Below, one piece after another: positions 20,667 to 30,851 of a DNA stretch of 31,343 nt. The position numbers were made by a program, and so were the translations under genes. Location of the stretch: IMG/VR virus record IMGVR_UViG_2526164609_000021, one strand, 5' to 3'. The number at the start of each line of letters is the position of its first letter. The stretch's first letter is position 1. The DNA is from a virus. Its lineage: Duplodnaviria; Heunggongvirae; Uroviricota; Caudoviricetes. Under the pieces are notes generated by a model. It did no database searches, was not told the origin of the DNA, and saw nothing but the letters and a program-made list of their open reading frames with translations.

Positions 20667-21581
20667 TCACGTCAGCTGGTAATGACGATCGGGAAGAATT
20701 TTTGCTGGAATTTCGGCTTCATCGTTCATCTGTAAGAGGTCAATTTCAATAGCGTTGCAGATGGCATCCAGCGGTAAATCATTGTTTTCAGTACCGAACG
20801 GATCTTCCAGTTCTTCCGCCAGACAATCCAGCGAAATAAAAGTGTAGGAAATCAGCACAGAGATAAAAGGCGTCATGTAATGCAGGTCCACGACCAGCGC
20901 GAACGGCAGCATGATACAAAACAGATAAACAGTACGATGCAAAATCAGGGTGTAGGCAAAGGGAATTGGCGTATAGGCAATGCGCTCGCATCCTGCCAGG
21001 ACCGCTGAAATATCATTAAGCCGATCGTTGAGGCTAATAAACAGGATTTCTGAAAGCTGCCCATTGCGGCGCTGAACCGCCAACCACTCCCCCATTATTA
21101 ACAAGATACGGTTAGCTGGAGAGTTCGAAGCCAGTACAGGCTGAAGATCTTCAGTCTTGAGATAATGAGCCAGCACTTCCGCCTGTGGCTGTTTGCGTAA
21201 TGTCATGCGTAAACAGTGGGCGAAGGCGATTTGCAGCCTGGCAAACTCCCTTACACTTGCCGAATCCGGCAATGTCGTTTTTACCTCACGTAGTAACGAC
21301 CGTGAGGCAATCATCAACTGTCCCCAAAGTTTTCGCGCTTCAACGTAACGGGCGTACCCGGCATTATTACGAAAACCAAGAAAAATGGCGATGGCGACAC
21401 CGAGAATGCTGAACGGTGCGAGGGTGAATTTGATGCCCAGATGCGTGTACCAGGGCAGCATGAAAATAACAGCGATAGAAAAGAGAAAATTGAGTAGTAA
21501 GCGCGAGGATATCTTGGATAATACTGAGCCGTGCCAGACAAAAATACGGCGCAGCCAGTGTTGTTGTGGACGAACAATCAT
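20667..21581 (-). CDS. yneE: Bestrophin-like membrane protein YneE
   Basis: MIVRPQQHWLRRIFVWHGSVLSKISSRLLLNFLFSIAVIFMLPWYTHLG... to ...PAKILPDRHYQLT; convergent with tam as in E. coli K-12. Confidence 0.9.
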   Translation of the reverse strand: MIVRPQQHWLRRIFVWHGSVLSKISSRLLLNFLFSIAVIFMLPWYTHLGIKFTLAPFSILGVAIAIFLGFRNNAGYARYVEARKLWGQLMIASRSLLREVKTTLPDSASVREFARLQIAFAHCLRMTLRKQPQAEVLAHYLKTEDLQPVLASNSPANRILLIMGEWLAVQRRNGQLSEILFISLNDRLNDISAVLAGCERIAYTPIPFAYTLILHRTVYLFCIMLPFALVVDLHYMTPFISVLISYTFISLDCLAEELEDPFGTENNDLPLDAICNAIEIDLLQMNDEAEIPAKILPDRHYQLT

Positions 21582-21777
21582 GGTTATCTTCAGGCGTGGA
21601 AAAGTCGCCCTATTAAACGTGATTACGATCACATTCTCAAGACGCTACTTACAAATTACCTACAAGCTTACAACATTAACAGGCGCTGCATGTGGCACCT
21701 GTTAATGATAAAGGCATATAGGATGTTGTAACTAATATAGTGAAATAAGAAACCCGGTCGAAACCGGGTTCAGAGTA

Positions 21778-22563
21778 TTAGCACAACGGGCGTACAGCTT
21801 CGCGCATCCCTTTTTCAAGAATCGCATCCAGGTCATTAGCAACCTGCTCGACCAGACCAGGCACTTGCGTCAGGTCCTGCTCCCAGTGGTCTTTTTCTGC
21901 CAAAACAATCGCTACCAGTTCCGGGGTGCCGATAACACGGTCACGATGCTGGCTCCAGAGTTGCTGATAACGTTCCAGCCAGTGTGCATCGTCCTGTACC
22001 GGATATGTTTCTCCGTTACGCTCACCGCGATAGAAGGCAATCAATGCCGTTAATGCGAAAGTAAGGCGCGCCGGAAGTGTGCCGTTTGCCTTCTGCCCTG
22101 CCAGCAGCTGCGGCAGGATGCGGGTGCGGAACTTGGTCATACCGTTGAGCGCGATAGACAGCAGCTGATGCTTAATGTACGGGTTACGGAAACGCCCGGT
22201 GACTGCACTGGCGAAAGATTCCAGTTCATCACGAGGCAAATCCAGTACCTGAATAATTTCTTCGTCGATGGCTTTTTCAACGAATGCGCAAATTTCAGCA
22301 TCGTTCATCGCTTCACCTACGGTATCCAGCCCTGCCTGGAACGCCACCGGCACCAGCGCGGTGTGCGCACCGTTGAGGATTGCCACTTTGCGTTCTTTAT
22401 ACGGTTTAATATCGTCAACAATCAGCACATTGAGCGGATATTTGTCCAGGCGCAGCTCAGTCGCTAAGGATTTCGGCCCCTGAATCACAAACAGGTAAAA
22501 GTGTTCAGCGGTGTCGAGAAAACCATCGTGATAACCCAGTTCTTCTTCCAGTTTAGCCACTTC
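21778..22563 (-). pseudogene. uxaB: Altronate oxidoreductase UxaB, C-terminal about 260 aa only, fused in frame to a phage tube fragment
   Basis: [72 protein letters not shown]... to ...[12 protein letters not shown]; the N-terminal roughly 190 codons of uxaB are absent. Confidence 0.9.
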
Positions 22564-22686
22564 ACCACCCCGGTAGCTGTCGGTGTTGCGCGTCAGCTTA
22601 GGCAGAGTGACGGACGTCACATTACCCACTTCGTTTTCACCATCCACAAACAGCGTAAAAAAGCGAAGATGTTTTGGCACAGCCAT
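22564..22686 (-). pseudogene. P2-like tail tube protein, N-terminal 41 codons only
   Basis: [41 protein letters not shown] matches the P2-type tube N-terminus (MA.PRKLK...F.DG......V.LPKLTRK...YRG) and runs directly into uxaB codons. Confidence 0.7.
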
Positions 22687-23870
22687 CAGGCACCTCCCAG
22701 CACCGCAAATGCGGGTTCAAAGTATTCATCAGTAAACGTCTGGTAAAGCTCCATGTCTTCCAGTGGCGGAACGGGCGTATATTTGTAGCGAATACGCACA
22801 CGTCCCTGACGTAAATCCGTGGTGCTGTTATCCACCACGTCATACCAGCACTCCGCGCCAATCAGTTTCCCGGCAGTCACCAGTGAATCCAGTTTTGCCC
22901 TGATGGCACTGATAACATCCTTCACATTCGCAGGCGTCAGTGGACTGTCGATGGTTTCAAACTGCGCTTCCGCAATTGAATCAGCCAGCACCTGTGCGGT
23001 TCGGGTATACACCTCAAAGATGTAGGCGTTCGTTTCCGGTGTGCGGTTACCCCAGAAGCGGACCCCGTTGCGACGAATAATGGTCGTGATTTCTTTGTTG
23101 TTGAGGCTGTTGGCATCGCTGTCTTCGGCCTGCAACGACCAGAACACATGCCTCGACATCCCCAGCACATTTTTAACCGGAACGTTGGACAGCGATTTGT
23201 TCCATCCCTGTTCATGGTCAATGTACGCACGAAGGCCGCACGCATAGGCAGGCGCGGGGAACGTTTCGTTTTTGCCATTTTTCGGGTTGTAGGCGATGAA
23301 GTCCGGCCATAAGAGCATCACCTCACGTTCGTTGAATTTCTGGCGGTAGGTAATTGCCTCGGCCATCGTGTTACAGCCATGACATGAGGCATACACAAAC
23401 GCGCGCAGTTTATCTGCAATCACGCACAGGGATTTTGTTACCGCCTCCGTGTCCAGCTCCGGCGCGGCCAGAATACGCGGACGGTATCCGATGCTTTCAT
23501 CCTGCTCTGCAACAAGCAGCGCATACATCCCCATATAGCTGCCGTCATCCTCAGAACCACCGATAACCAGTTGATCCTGCGTTTTTCCGTCTTCTTCTTT
23601 GTGTTCAGCCACGCGAACGACGATCACCTTTGTGCTCACCTGGTCTGCGATGGCCTTAAGCGCACGATAAAGCGTCCCCGTTGTCCCGCATTTTCCCAGC
23701 ACGTCATTGACGCGGGTCAGCAGTGTGGGCTTGTTCAGCGGGAACAGCTTCGCGTCCGCATCATCCGCCGTTGCCACGATACCGATAACGCTGGAATCAA
23801 CATCGTTAATCGCTGTTACCAGGTCGGTATTCTCCGTAACACGGGCACCATGAAAACGAGTTTCACTCAT
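22686..23870 (-). CDS. P2-like contractile tail sheath protein
   Basis: 394 aa; blocks FPLNKP, KLRAF, WPDF, EQGW.K.LSNV, FWGNRT, YTRTAQV and [10 protein letters not shown] line up with P2 sheath protein FI. Confidence 0.85.
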   Translation of the reverse strand: MSETRFHGARVTENTDLVTAINDVDSSVIGIVATADDADAKLFPLNKPTLLTRVNDVLGKCGTTGTLYRALKAIADQVSTKVIVVRVAEHKEEDGKTQDQLVIGGSEDDGSYMGMYALLVAEQDESIGYRPRILAAPELDTEAVTKSLCVIADKLRAFVYASCHGCNTMAEAITYRQKFNEREVMLLWPDFIAYNPKNGKNETFPAPAYACGLRAYIDHEQGWNKSLSNVPVKNVLGMSRHVFWSLQAEDSDANSLNNKEITTIIRRNGVRFWGNRTPETNAYIFEVYTRTAQVLADSIAEAQFETIDSPLTPANVKDVISAIRAKLDSLVTAGKLIGAECWYDVVDNSTTDLRQGRVRIRYKYTPVPPLEDMELYQTFTDEYFEPAFAVLGGA

Positions 23871-24027
23871 AGCTTCAGCCCCTTGTATCCGTTAAATGAT
23901 TCAGCAACAATCATCACCCACCACGCGCGTAATCTCACCCCTGCGCCGTTCTCCCGCCACGGCGACAACAAAAAGCAGTACCCCCCTCCGCACGCACATG
24001 CGACCATGCCGCACAGGGAGGGAGCAG

Positions 24028-25137
24028 ATGACCGACACCACCATGCAATTGCTCAGTCAGGGCACGGCCCCCGTGAAAATGCCGGATTTTGATATTCTCT
24101 CGGAGGGTAAAACGCTGTCAGGCGTGGCGGAGCGCCTGATGAGCCTGTAACTGACCGACAACCGGGGATTTGAGGCGGACCAGCTCACCATCACGCTGGA
24201 TGATGCGGATGGTCAGTTGCAGCTACCGCCACGGGGCGCGCGTCTGACGGTTCTCATTGGCTGGAAAGGGGAACCGCTGACAGAAAAAGGCACTTACATT
24301 GTTGATGAAATCGCTCACGAAGGACCGCCGGACAGGCTGACTGTTTCAGCCAGAAGCGCAGATTTTCGGGATGAATTTAACGTTAAACGTGAGGTGTCCT
24401 GGCATGATGTGACCGTTGAGCGTGTGGTATCCGCCATCGCTCATCGGTACGGTCTGAAACCGCAAATCAGCGAAATGCTGATGGATATCGAAATCGACCA
24501 CGCCGACCAGACCGAAGAAAGCGACATGTCCTTTCTTACGCGCATGGCGGAAATGCTGGGAGCAATCGCCACGGTAAAAAGCGGCAATCTGTTATTCATC
24601 ATGCCAGGTGGTGGCGTGAACGCACAGGGGCAGCCGTTGCCCTCGTTCGCCATTACACGCAGCAGCGGCGATCGCCATCAGTTCCGCATTGCTGACCGCG
24701 AGGCGTATACGGGGGTACGCGCCTACTGGCTTGATCTTAATTACGGGAAAAAGAAAAAAGTCAGCGTGAAACGCCGCAAACCGCCAAAACCCAAAAAGGA
24801 GAAAAGCAGCAGTCGGGAAGGCGACTATATGGAAGGTGCGGAAGGCAACGTGTTTGTGTTACGCAAGACTTATCAGAACGAGCAGGCAGCAAGACGCGCA
24901 GCGGCGGCAAAGTGGCAGCAGCTACAACGCGGAGCCGCATCATTCTCCATCACGCTGGCGCGTGGTCGTGCAGAACTCTATCCCGAAATGCATGGCACAG
25001 TGACAGGCTTTAAAAGCGAGATTGATTATCAGGACTGGATTATTGCAAAAGCCGAGCACACCATTGATAACAGCGGCTTTACCACGCAGCTTGAACTTGA
25101 AGCAAAAATCCCGGAATGGATAGCAGAAACAGAATAA
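24028..25137 (+). pseudogene. P2 gpD-like late tail protein with in-frame TAA stop
   Basis: MTDTTMQLL...GVAERLMSL, then TAA at 24148..24150, then same-frame LTDNRGFEADQLTITLDDADGQLQLPPRGARLTVLIGWKGEPLTEKGTYIVDE... (gpD family signature). Confidence 0.75.
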
Positions 25138-25686
25138 ATCTCTTAAAAATATTATTTTTGAGATGTGCTTCTACACTGACAGTAAGAACAAAAGATAATG
25201 TATCAGCCCACTAGATGTCAGAGGTTGGGGCATCAACCAGATGCTAACAATAATACGGATGTTTTTCCCACATGACAGAGGAAGTCAAGTATAATCTTCA
25301 CAGTCCATCCCGTCCAAGGGAATATGACTCAATAGTAAAAGTTCCAGTTTAGTTAGTAGACCCACACTTTATAGAAGAGTAATTCATGATTGGACAATTT
25401 TTAAGTGCAACAGAGATTTTAGCAAAGAACTATGTTCGTAATAAAATGGTTAAAAATCCATTTTATTCGAATTTAAAATGGAATTTTATTGAAAAAAACA
25501 TCATAAGATTAACATCCTCACCGGTTAAATCAGTACTTTGCATATCAGCTTTTTCATTTGTACTACTTTATGTTGGATATTTAAACGAATTATTTATAAA
25601 AAATAATCTTTTACATTATTTCCCGTTTAGGCATTCATTAACCGAATGGCAAACAACCATTTTAAGTGGCCGGTAATGACTCCAAC

Positions 25687-26189
25687 TTACTGATAGTGTT
25701 TTATGTTCAGATAATGCCCGATGACCTTGTCATGCAGCTCCACCGATTTTGAGAACGACAGTGACTTCCGTCCCAGCCTTGCCAGATGTTGTCTCAGATT
25801 CAGATTATGTCGCTCAATGCGCTGAGTGTAACGCTTGCTGATAACGTGCAGCTTTCCCTTCAGGCGTGATTCATACAGCGGCCAGCCATCCGTCATCCAT
25901 ACCACGACCTCAAAGGCCGACAGCAGGCTCAGAAGACGCTCCAGTGTGGCCAGAGTGCGTTCACCGAAGACGTGCGCCACAACCGTCCTCCGTATCCTGT
26001 CATACGCGTAAACAGCCAGCGCTGACGTGATTTAGCACCGACGTAGCCCCACTGTTCGTCCATTTCAGCGCAGACAATCACATCACTGCCCGGTTGTATG
26101 CGCGAGGTTACCGACTGCGGCCTGAGTTTTTTAAGTGACGTAAAACCGTGTTGAGGCCAACGCCCATAATGCGTGCACTGGCGCGACAT
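25687..26189 (-). pseudogene. insB: IS1 InsB frame, split by a 1-bp deletion
   Basis: InsB is broken into two overlapping ORFs (25929..26189 and 25687..25980) at the shortened A-run. Confidence 0.8.
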
Positions 26190-26383
26190 CCGACGCCATT
26201 CATGGCCATATCAATGATTTTCTGGTGCGTACCGGGCTGAGAGGCGGTGTAAGTGAACTGTAGTTGCCATGTTTTACGGCAATGAGAGCAGAGATAGCGC
26301 TGATGTCCGGCAGTGCTTTTGCCGTTACGCACCACGCCTTCAGTAGCGGAGCAGGAAGGACATCTGATGGAAATGGAAGCCAC
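26108..26383 (-). CDS. insA: IS1 InsA
   Basis: Identical 91-aa InsA to copy 1. Confidence 0.9.
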   Translation of the reverse strand: MASISIRCPSCSATEGVVRNGKSTAGHQRYLCSHCRKTWQLQFTYTASQPGTHQKIIDMAMNGVGCRASARIMGVGLNTVLRHLKNSGRSR

Positions 26384-28177
26384 GCAAGCACCTTAAAATC
26401 ACCATCATACACTAAATCAGTAAGTTGGCAGCATTACCTAAGTGGCCAATTGACAATTATTGGTATTGTATACCCCCTTGTTATAGGTTTAGTAAGTGTC
26501 TTATTCCCAAAAAAGGCAGATAGAAAAATAGCCCAAACTGCTTATCAGCGTTACTCAGGATTCATGCTTGCTGGACTCAGCGGGCTTTTCTTATCAGGAT
26601 TTATACTTCTCAGTGTACTAATTAAAACTGTCTTTGGAAGTTATCTTTATGGTATAGCTTGTCTAATCAGCATATTATGGCTTTTGATAAACATAGTTCT
26701 TTCTATTTGGTTCTTTATCGTGAGTCTTGAAATTCTTGATGATGTAAAACGGCAAATAATTATAAAGCGATACATTGCCTTCGAAATAGTAATGCCCCAT
26801 ATTTGTAACAAAATCTCAGCCAAGCTTAGGTTATACCCTATCTATCAAAAACATAACTATTCAAATTTAGAAATCAAGCAAGCCGATTACAAAGGAGAAT
26901 ACATATCTGTGGCTAGCAGTTATTCTAAGGAAGATGAGTTAAGTTTATATCACCGTCCTTTTCAACTTACTCTTAATCTTATTAATTACCAACTAAAAAA
27001 GAAGAATCATTTTGCGTCATTTGTCATTGGTGATAATCGTACAAAAGAAACAGAATCCACGGGTAAGATACTTTTTAGCGTTAAAAATATCAAACCAGAC
27101 AGCTTATTAATAAAAATACTTAAGCAATGTTTTTATAGGGCTCCGATTAAAGGAGGAGATTTTTCCGTAAGTCTTACAATGCAGGCTATAACAGCAGATA
27201 CGTATATGTATCTGCGGGATTCTGATCTCATTAGTTTTGACAATGCTATCTCTGCATTAATTAATAACTTTAATAATCTCTGCGATTTGTATTTTTTTCA
27301 AGATGATAATACCAACAATAACTTCTTACTGATCACTACAGAATTATTTGAACGGAGTTTTCAATATGAGTTTTCAGATGAAGTTTATAAAATATCAAAT
27401 AATTCCATGGATAAAATTAATCTTTCTGAAAGATTTTTTGATTTATGTCTTTGGAGCGGAGTGCGTATTATCAATAATAGAAAACATCTTATCAGCAATG
27501 AACTTTGTATCTATATGGGAATTACTCGTTCACAATGGTCAATATTAACAGAATGGTTCCGAAACAACCAATCACTCTTAAATGCCTCGCTTCGTTCACG
27601 TTATAATCGTATATTAAGAACCTATACCACTGTTTGGGAGCAATATCAAGAAAGCATAAACTTTCGTTTCTGCAATACAGAGAATTCAGATTTATTTGAA
27701 TTATTTTGCAAAACGCAACTACAAGAACTTCCATCGATGATTATTGATGCAACACAGACTCGCGATCCTTCTACTATTGATACAGCCGTCGATCTTATTA
27801 ACCGATGGCAGCACTCAATGAATATTGACAGCCATTCGGTAGAAAAATACAGTTACAAAGGCCAGCTTTTTAACCCGGTTTTTTTCATATCCAAAAAACT
27901 AAACTTCAATTCAGACAGAGAGTGGTTCAATATTGCCATCATAAATGCGTTGACTGACATGCGTATATGCACATGTCTTTATCTGACATCAAGAATCAAT
28001 ACTTCTGACAAACTAATGACACATTACATTAAACTTATTTTAGAGGGTAAACTTATTGACCAAACCGGTGGATATGAAACTCCCACTGAAGAAATTGATA
28101 ATGCAAGCCAACTAATCAAGATATTAATTAGAATCTGCCTGTGGACATGGTCTGAAAATATGGAGCACAATGGGTAG

Positions 28178-28489
28178 ATGAATAGTTTAGCAAGGCGTTT
28201 ACGTGACTATGATAAAACAGACATGGTGATGGGCAGAGTTTACAGTAATGTTTTTGACTGTGGATTTATTGATATGGAACAATCATGGATTCAGCTATTA
28301 TTAATTTTTTCTAACAAGAACGATAGCGTATCAAAAGAAATAAAAGAAGCAATAGAAAACAACTATATAACATATCGTGAGAAGCAACGACTCATTGGAG
28401 TATTATCAAAAATTTGTAACTCCATCGAATACACTAAAATCAAGCTGACTTTAACATTGGACGATCTCCAAACAAAAAAGAAAACTTAA
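28178..28489 (+). CDS. Gene B of the AT-rich cassette: small hypothetical protein (103 aa)
   Basis: ATG at 28178 directly abuts the TAG of gene A (tagatg); AT-rich; no hydrophobic helix; no homolog recognised. Confidence 0.5.
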   Translation: MNSLARRLRDYDKTDMVMGRVYSNVFDCGFIDMEQSWIQLLLIFSNKNDSVSKEIKEAIENNYITYREKQRLIGVLSKICNSIEYTKIKLTLTLDDLQTKKKT

Positions 28490-28515
28490 GAAAGTTGCTT
28501 CAAGAGCATATTAAC

Positions 28516-29280
28516 ATGCTAAAGAAAGATCTTGATATGAGACTTCAGGATGCTGCCATAGATGTACATCGACTAGATAGCACTGCACGTAAAACATCAG
28601 AACATCTTCGTAAACGCATCAAGAAAACGCTCCCTCTTTCACTTTTCAAATCTATTGATTTTAAGCAGGCTAGCGATTGTTTCACAAAACATAAGATATC
28701 TATTAAGATAGATAAAGAACCGTATGCCGAAGGAATAGAATCCATCCCTTATATCAATGAAGGTGATATTCAAGCAGACTTAATTCTCAAGGACATCCAG
28801 AGAATAATACTTTCAAATTTATTTAGCACTGGCTGTTCGCAACATACCGTAATAGAAGATTTCAATATGTTGATTGATCACATAAAATCATCTGCTGACT
28901 TGGCTGGCAAACTGGTTCTTGTGATGAGTAAAGAGATCTTTCAGCAATATAATCGTATGCTTTTCGATAATCCCAACCTCAGAGAACTAATGAGAAAAAA
29001 TGATGATGGCTCTATGAACATAACTACTGAATCCGGTACCCGTAAGGTTTACTTCTTACCATTTGTTAATCAACCATTTTCTCTTGTGGTAAAGGATAAC
29101 TACTTCACTAAATTAATTATTAGAGAATATGATAATAATAAGTTAGTAAATGTCACTTCAGAGAATATCAAAAGTGACTCAGATAAATTCAAGCTAACTC
29201 TTAACTATGAGTTGAATATAGTATTTGAAGGAAACGCTGATTTAAAAATAGCTCACTCGCAAAGAGTGACATCAGAATAA
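28516..29280 (+). CDS. Gene C of the AT-rich cassette: hypothetical protein (about 254 aa from the ATG; TTG at 28495 also possible)
   Basis: Same strand, about 26 bp after gene B; soluble, charged; no homolog recognised. Confidence 0.55.
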   Translation: MLKKDLDMRLQDAAIDVHRLDSTARKTSEHLRKRIKKTLPLSLFKSIDFKQASDCFTKHKISIKIDKEPYAEGIESIPYINEGDIQADLILKDIQRIILSNLFSTGCSQHTVIEDFNMLIDHIKSSADLAGKLVLVMSKEIFQQYNRMLFDNPNLRELMRKNDDGSMNITTESGTRKVYFLPFVNQPFSLVVKDNYFTKLIIREYDNNKLVNVTSENIKSDSDKFKLTLNYELNIVFEGNADLKIAHSQRVTSE

Positions 29281-29288
29281 TATCTTTG

Positions 29289-29319
29289 ACGGCGCTCCTT
29301 AGAGTGCCGTTCGTTTATT
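29289..29319 (+). terminator. Candidate intrinsic terminator after gene C
   Basis: Imperfect stem acggcgctc / gagtgccgt with loop ctta, followed by tcgtttatt. Confidence 0.35.
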
Positions 29320-29622
29320 AACTAATGCTAAAAATCATTATATAGAGAAAGTCATGTTTAAATCTTAGAGAATACAACCTAGAATAGTGCAAGCACTACA
29401 ATAAGAGAGGTCGCTATGTTCCGTTGTCCGCTTTGTGGCGCATCTGCCCGTATCCGCACCAGTCGTCCGGAAAATGATTCAAACACCGTGAGACAAAAGT
29501 ATTATCAGTGTAACAATCTAGAATGCGGCGTATGTTTCTCAACACTGGAAGCCTTCCACAAATTCACTTCAAAGCACGCCTCCCCCATTCACTCATCAGA
29601 GGGCATCCCGTTGGATTTGCCC

Positions 29623-30528
29623 CTATATTTCCAGACATCTGTTATCACTTAACCCATTACAAGCCCGCTGCCGCAGATATTCCCGTGGCGAGCGATAACC
29701 CAGCGCACTATGCGGATGCCATTCGTTATAATGCTCGAACGCCTCTGCAAGGTTCTTTGCTGCCGTTAACCCGTCTGGTTTGGGCATGATACTGATGTAG
29801 TCACGCTTTATCGTTTTCACGAAGCTCTCTGCTATTCCGTTACTCTCCGGACTCCGCACCGCCGTGTTCTTCGGTTCAAGTCCCAACATCCGGGCGAACT
29901 GGCGTGTTTCATTAGCCCGGTAGCATGAACCATTATCCGTCAGCCACTCCACTGGAGACGACGGAAGATCGTTGCCGAAGCGGCGTTCCACCGCTCCCAG
30001 CATGACGTCCTGTACTGTTTCACTGTTGAAGCCGCCGGTAGTCACCGCCCAGTGCAGTGCCTCACGCTCACAGCAGTCCAGCGCGAACGTGACACGCAGT
30101 CTCTCTCCGTTATCACAGCAGAACTCGAACCCGTCAGAGCACCATCGCTGATTGCTTTCTTTCACGGCCACTCTGCCTGTATGTGCCCGTTTCGATGGTG
30201 GTACAGCAGGTTTTCGCTCAAGCAACAGCGCATTCTGGCGCATGATCCGGTAAACACGTTTGGCATTGATCGCAGGCATACCATCAAGTTCTGCCTGTCT
30301 GCGAAGCAGCGCCCATACCCGACGATAACCATACGTGGGCAGCTCTCCGATAACATGGTGTATACGGAGAAGCACATCCGTATCATCAGTGTGACGACTG
30401 CGGCGGCCATCCATCCAGTCATCGGTTCGTCTGAGAATGACGTGCAACTGCGCACGCGACACCCGGAGACAACGGCTGACTAAGCTTACTCCCCATCCCC
30501 GGGCAATAAGGGCGCGTGCGCTATCCAC
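29623..30528 (-). CDS. insD: IS2 InsD (orfB, DDE transposase frame)
   Basis: 301-aa ORF ...[41 protein letters not shown]...[49 protein letters not shown]... Confidence 0.9.
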
Positions 30529-30851
30529 TTTTTTGCCCGTCCATATTCAACGGCTTCTTTGAGGAGTTCATTTTCCATCGTTTTCTTGCCGAGCAGGCGC
30601 TGGAGTTCTTTAATCTGCTTCATGGCGGCAGCAAGTTCAGAGGCAGGAACAACCTGTTCTCCGGCGGCCACAGCAGTAAGACTTCCTTCCTGGTATTGCT
30701 TACGCCAGAGAAATAACTGGCTGGCTGCTACACCATGTTGCCGGGCAACGAGGGAGACCGTCATCCCCGGTTCAAAGCTCTGCTGAACAATTGCGATCTT
30801 TTCCTGTGTGGTACGCCGTCTGCGTTTCTCCGGCCCTAAGACATCAATCAT
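30486..30851 (-). CDS. insC: IS2 InsC (orfA)
   Basis: [57 protein letters not shown]... Confidence 0.9.

Larger units (their letters stand above)
25672..26438 (-). mobile_element. IS1: IS1 copy 3 (767 bp) inserted in gene A, with 9-bp target duplication
   Basis: Direct repeat taagtggcc at 25663..25671 and 26439..26447; matches copy 1 across the aligned region except for a 1-bp shorter A-run (AAA at 26010..26012 versus AAAA at 324..327) and one terminal-repeat mismatch. Confidence 0.95.
25386..28177 (+). pseudogene. Gene A of the AT-rich cassette: large membrane-anchored protein of unknown function, split by IS1
   Basis: Removing IS1 plus one copy of the duplication joins ...TEWQTTILSG to QLTIIGIVYPL... 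in frame (about 671 aa); about four hydrophobic helices in the first 200 residues, then a roughly 470-aa N/K/I/L-rich soluble region; no homolog recognised. Confidence 0.6.

Noticed and set aside
23871-24027. Ogr-dependent P2 late promoter (TGT-N12-ACA) in the divergent interval upstream of the sheath and gpD genes
   Set aside because: No convincing TGT-N12-ACA dyad at the expected spacing found by eye.
28600-28620. R-x4-H (RKTSEH) in gene C as a possible HEPN nuclease motif
   Set aside because: A six-residue pattern occurs often by chance; no supporting domain context can be established without a profile search.
25386-29280. Cassette as a Zorya-like (ZorA/ZorB) system or a gtr-type O-antigen glucosylation cluster
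   Set aside because: Gene A superficially resembles ZorA (N-terminal helices plus long tail), but genes B and C have no transmembrane helix or MotB-like features; gene sizes and hydrophobicity do not fit GtrA/GtrB/Gtr-type.
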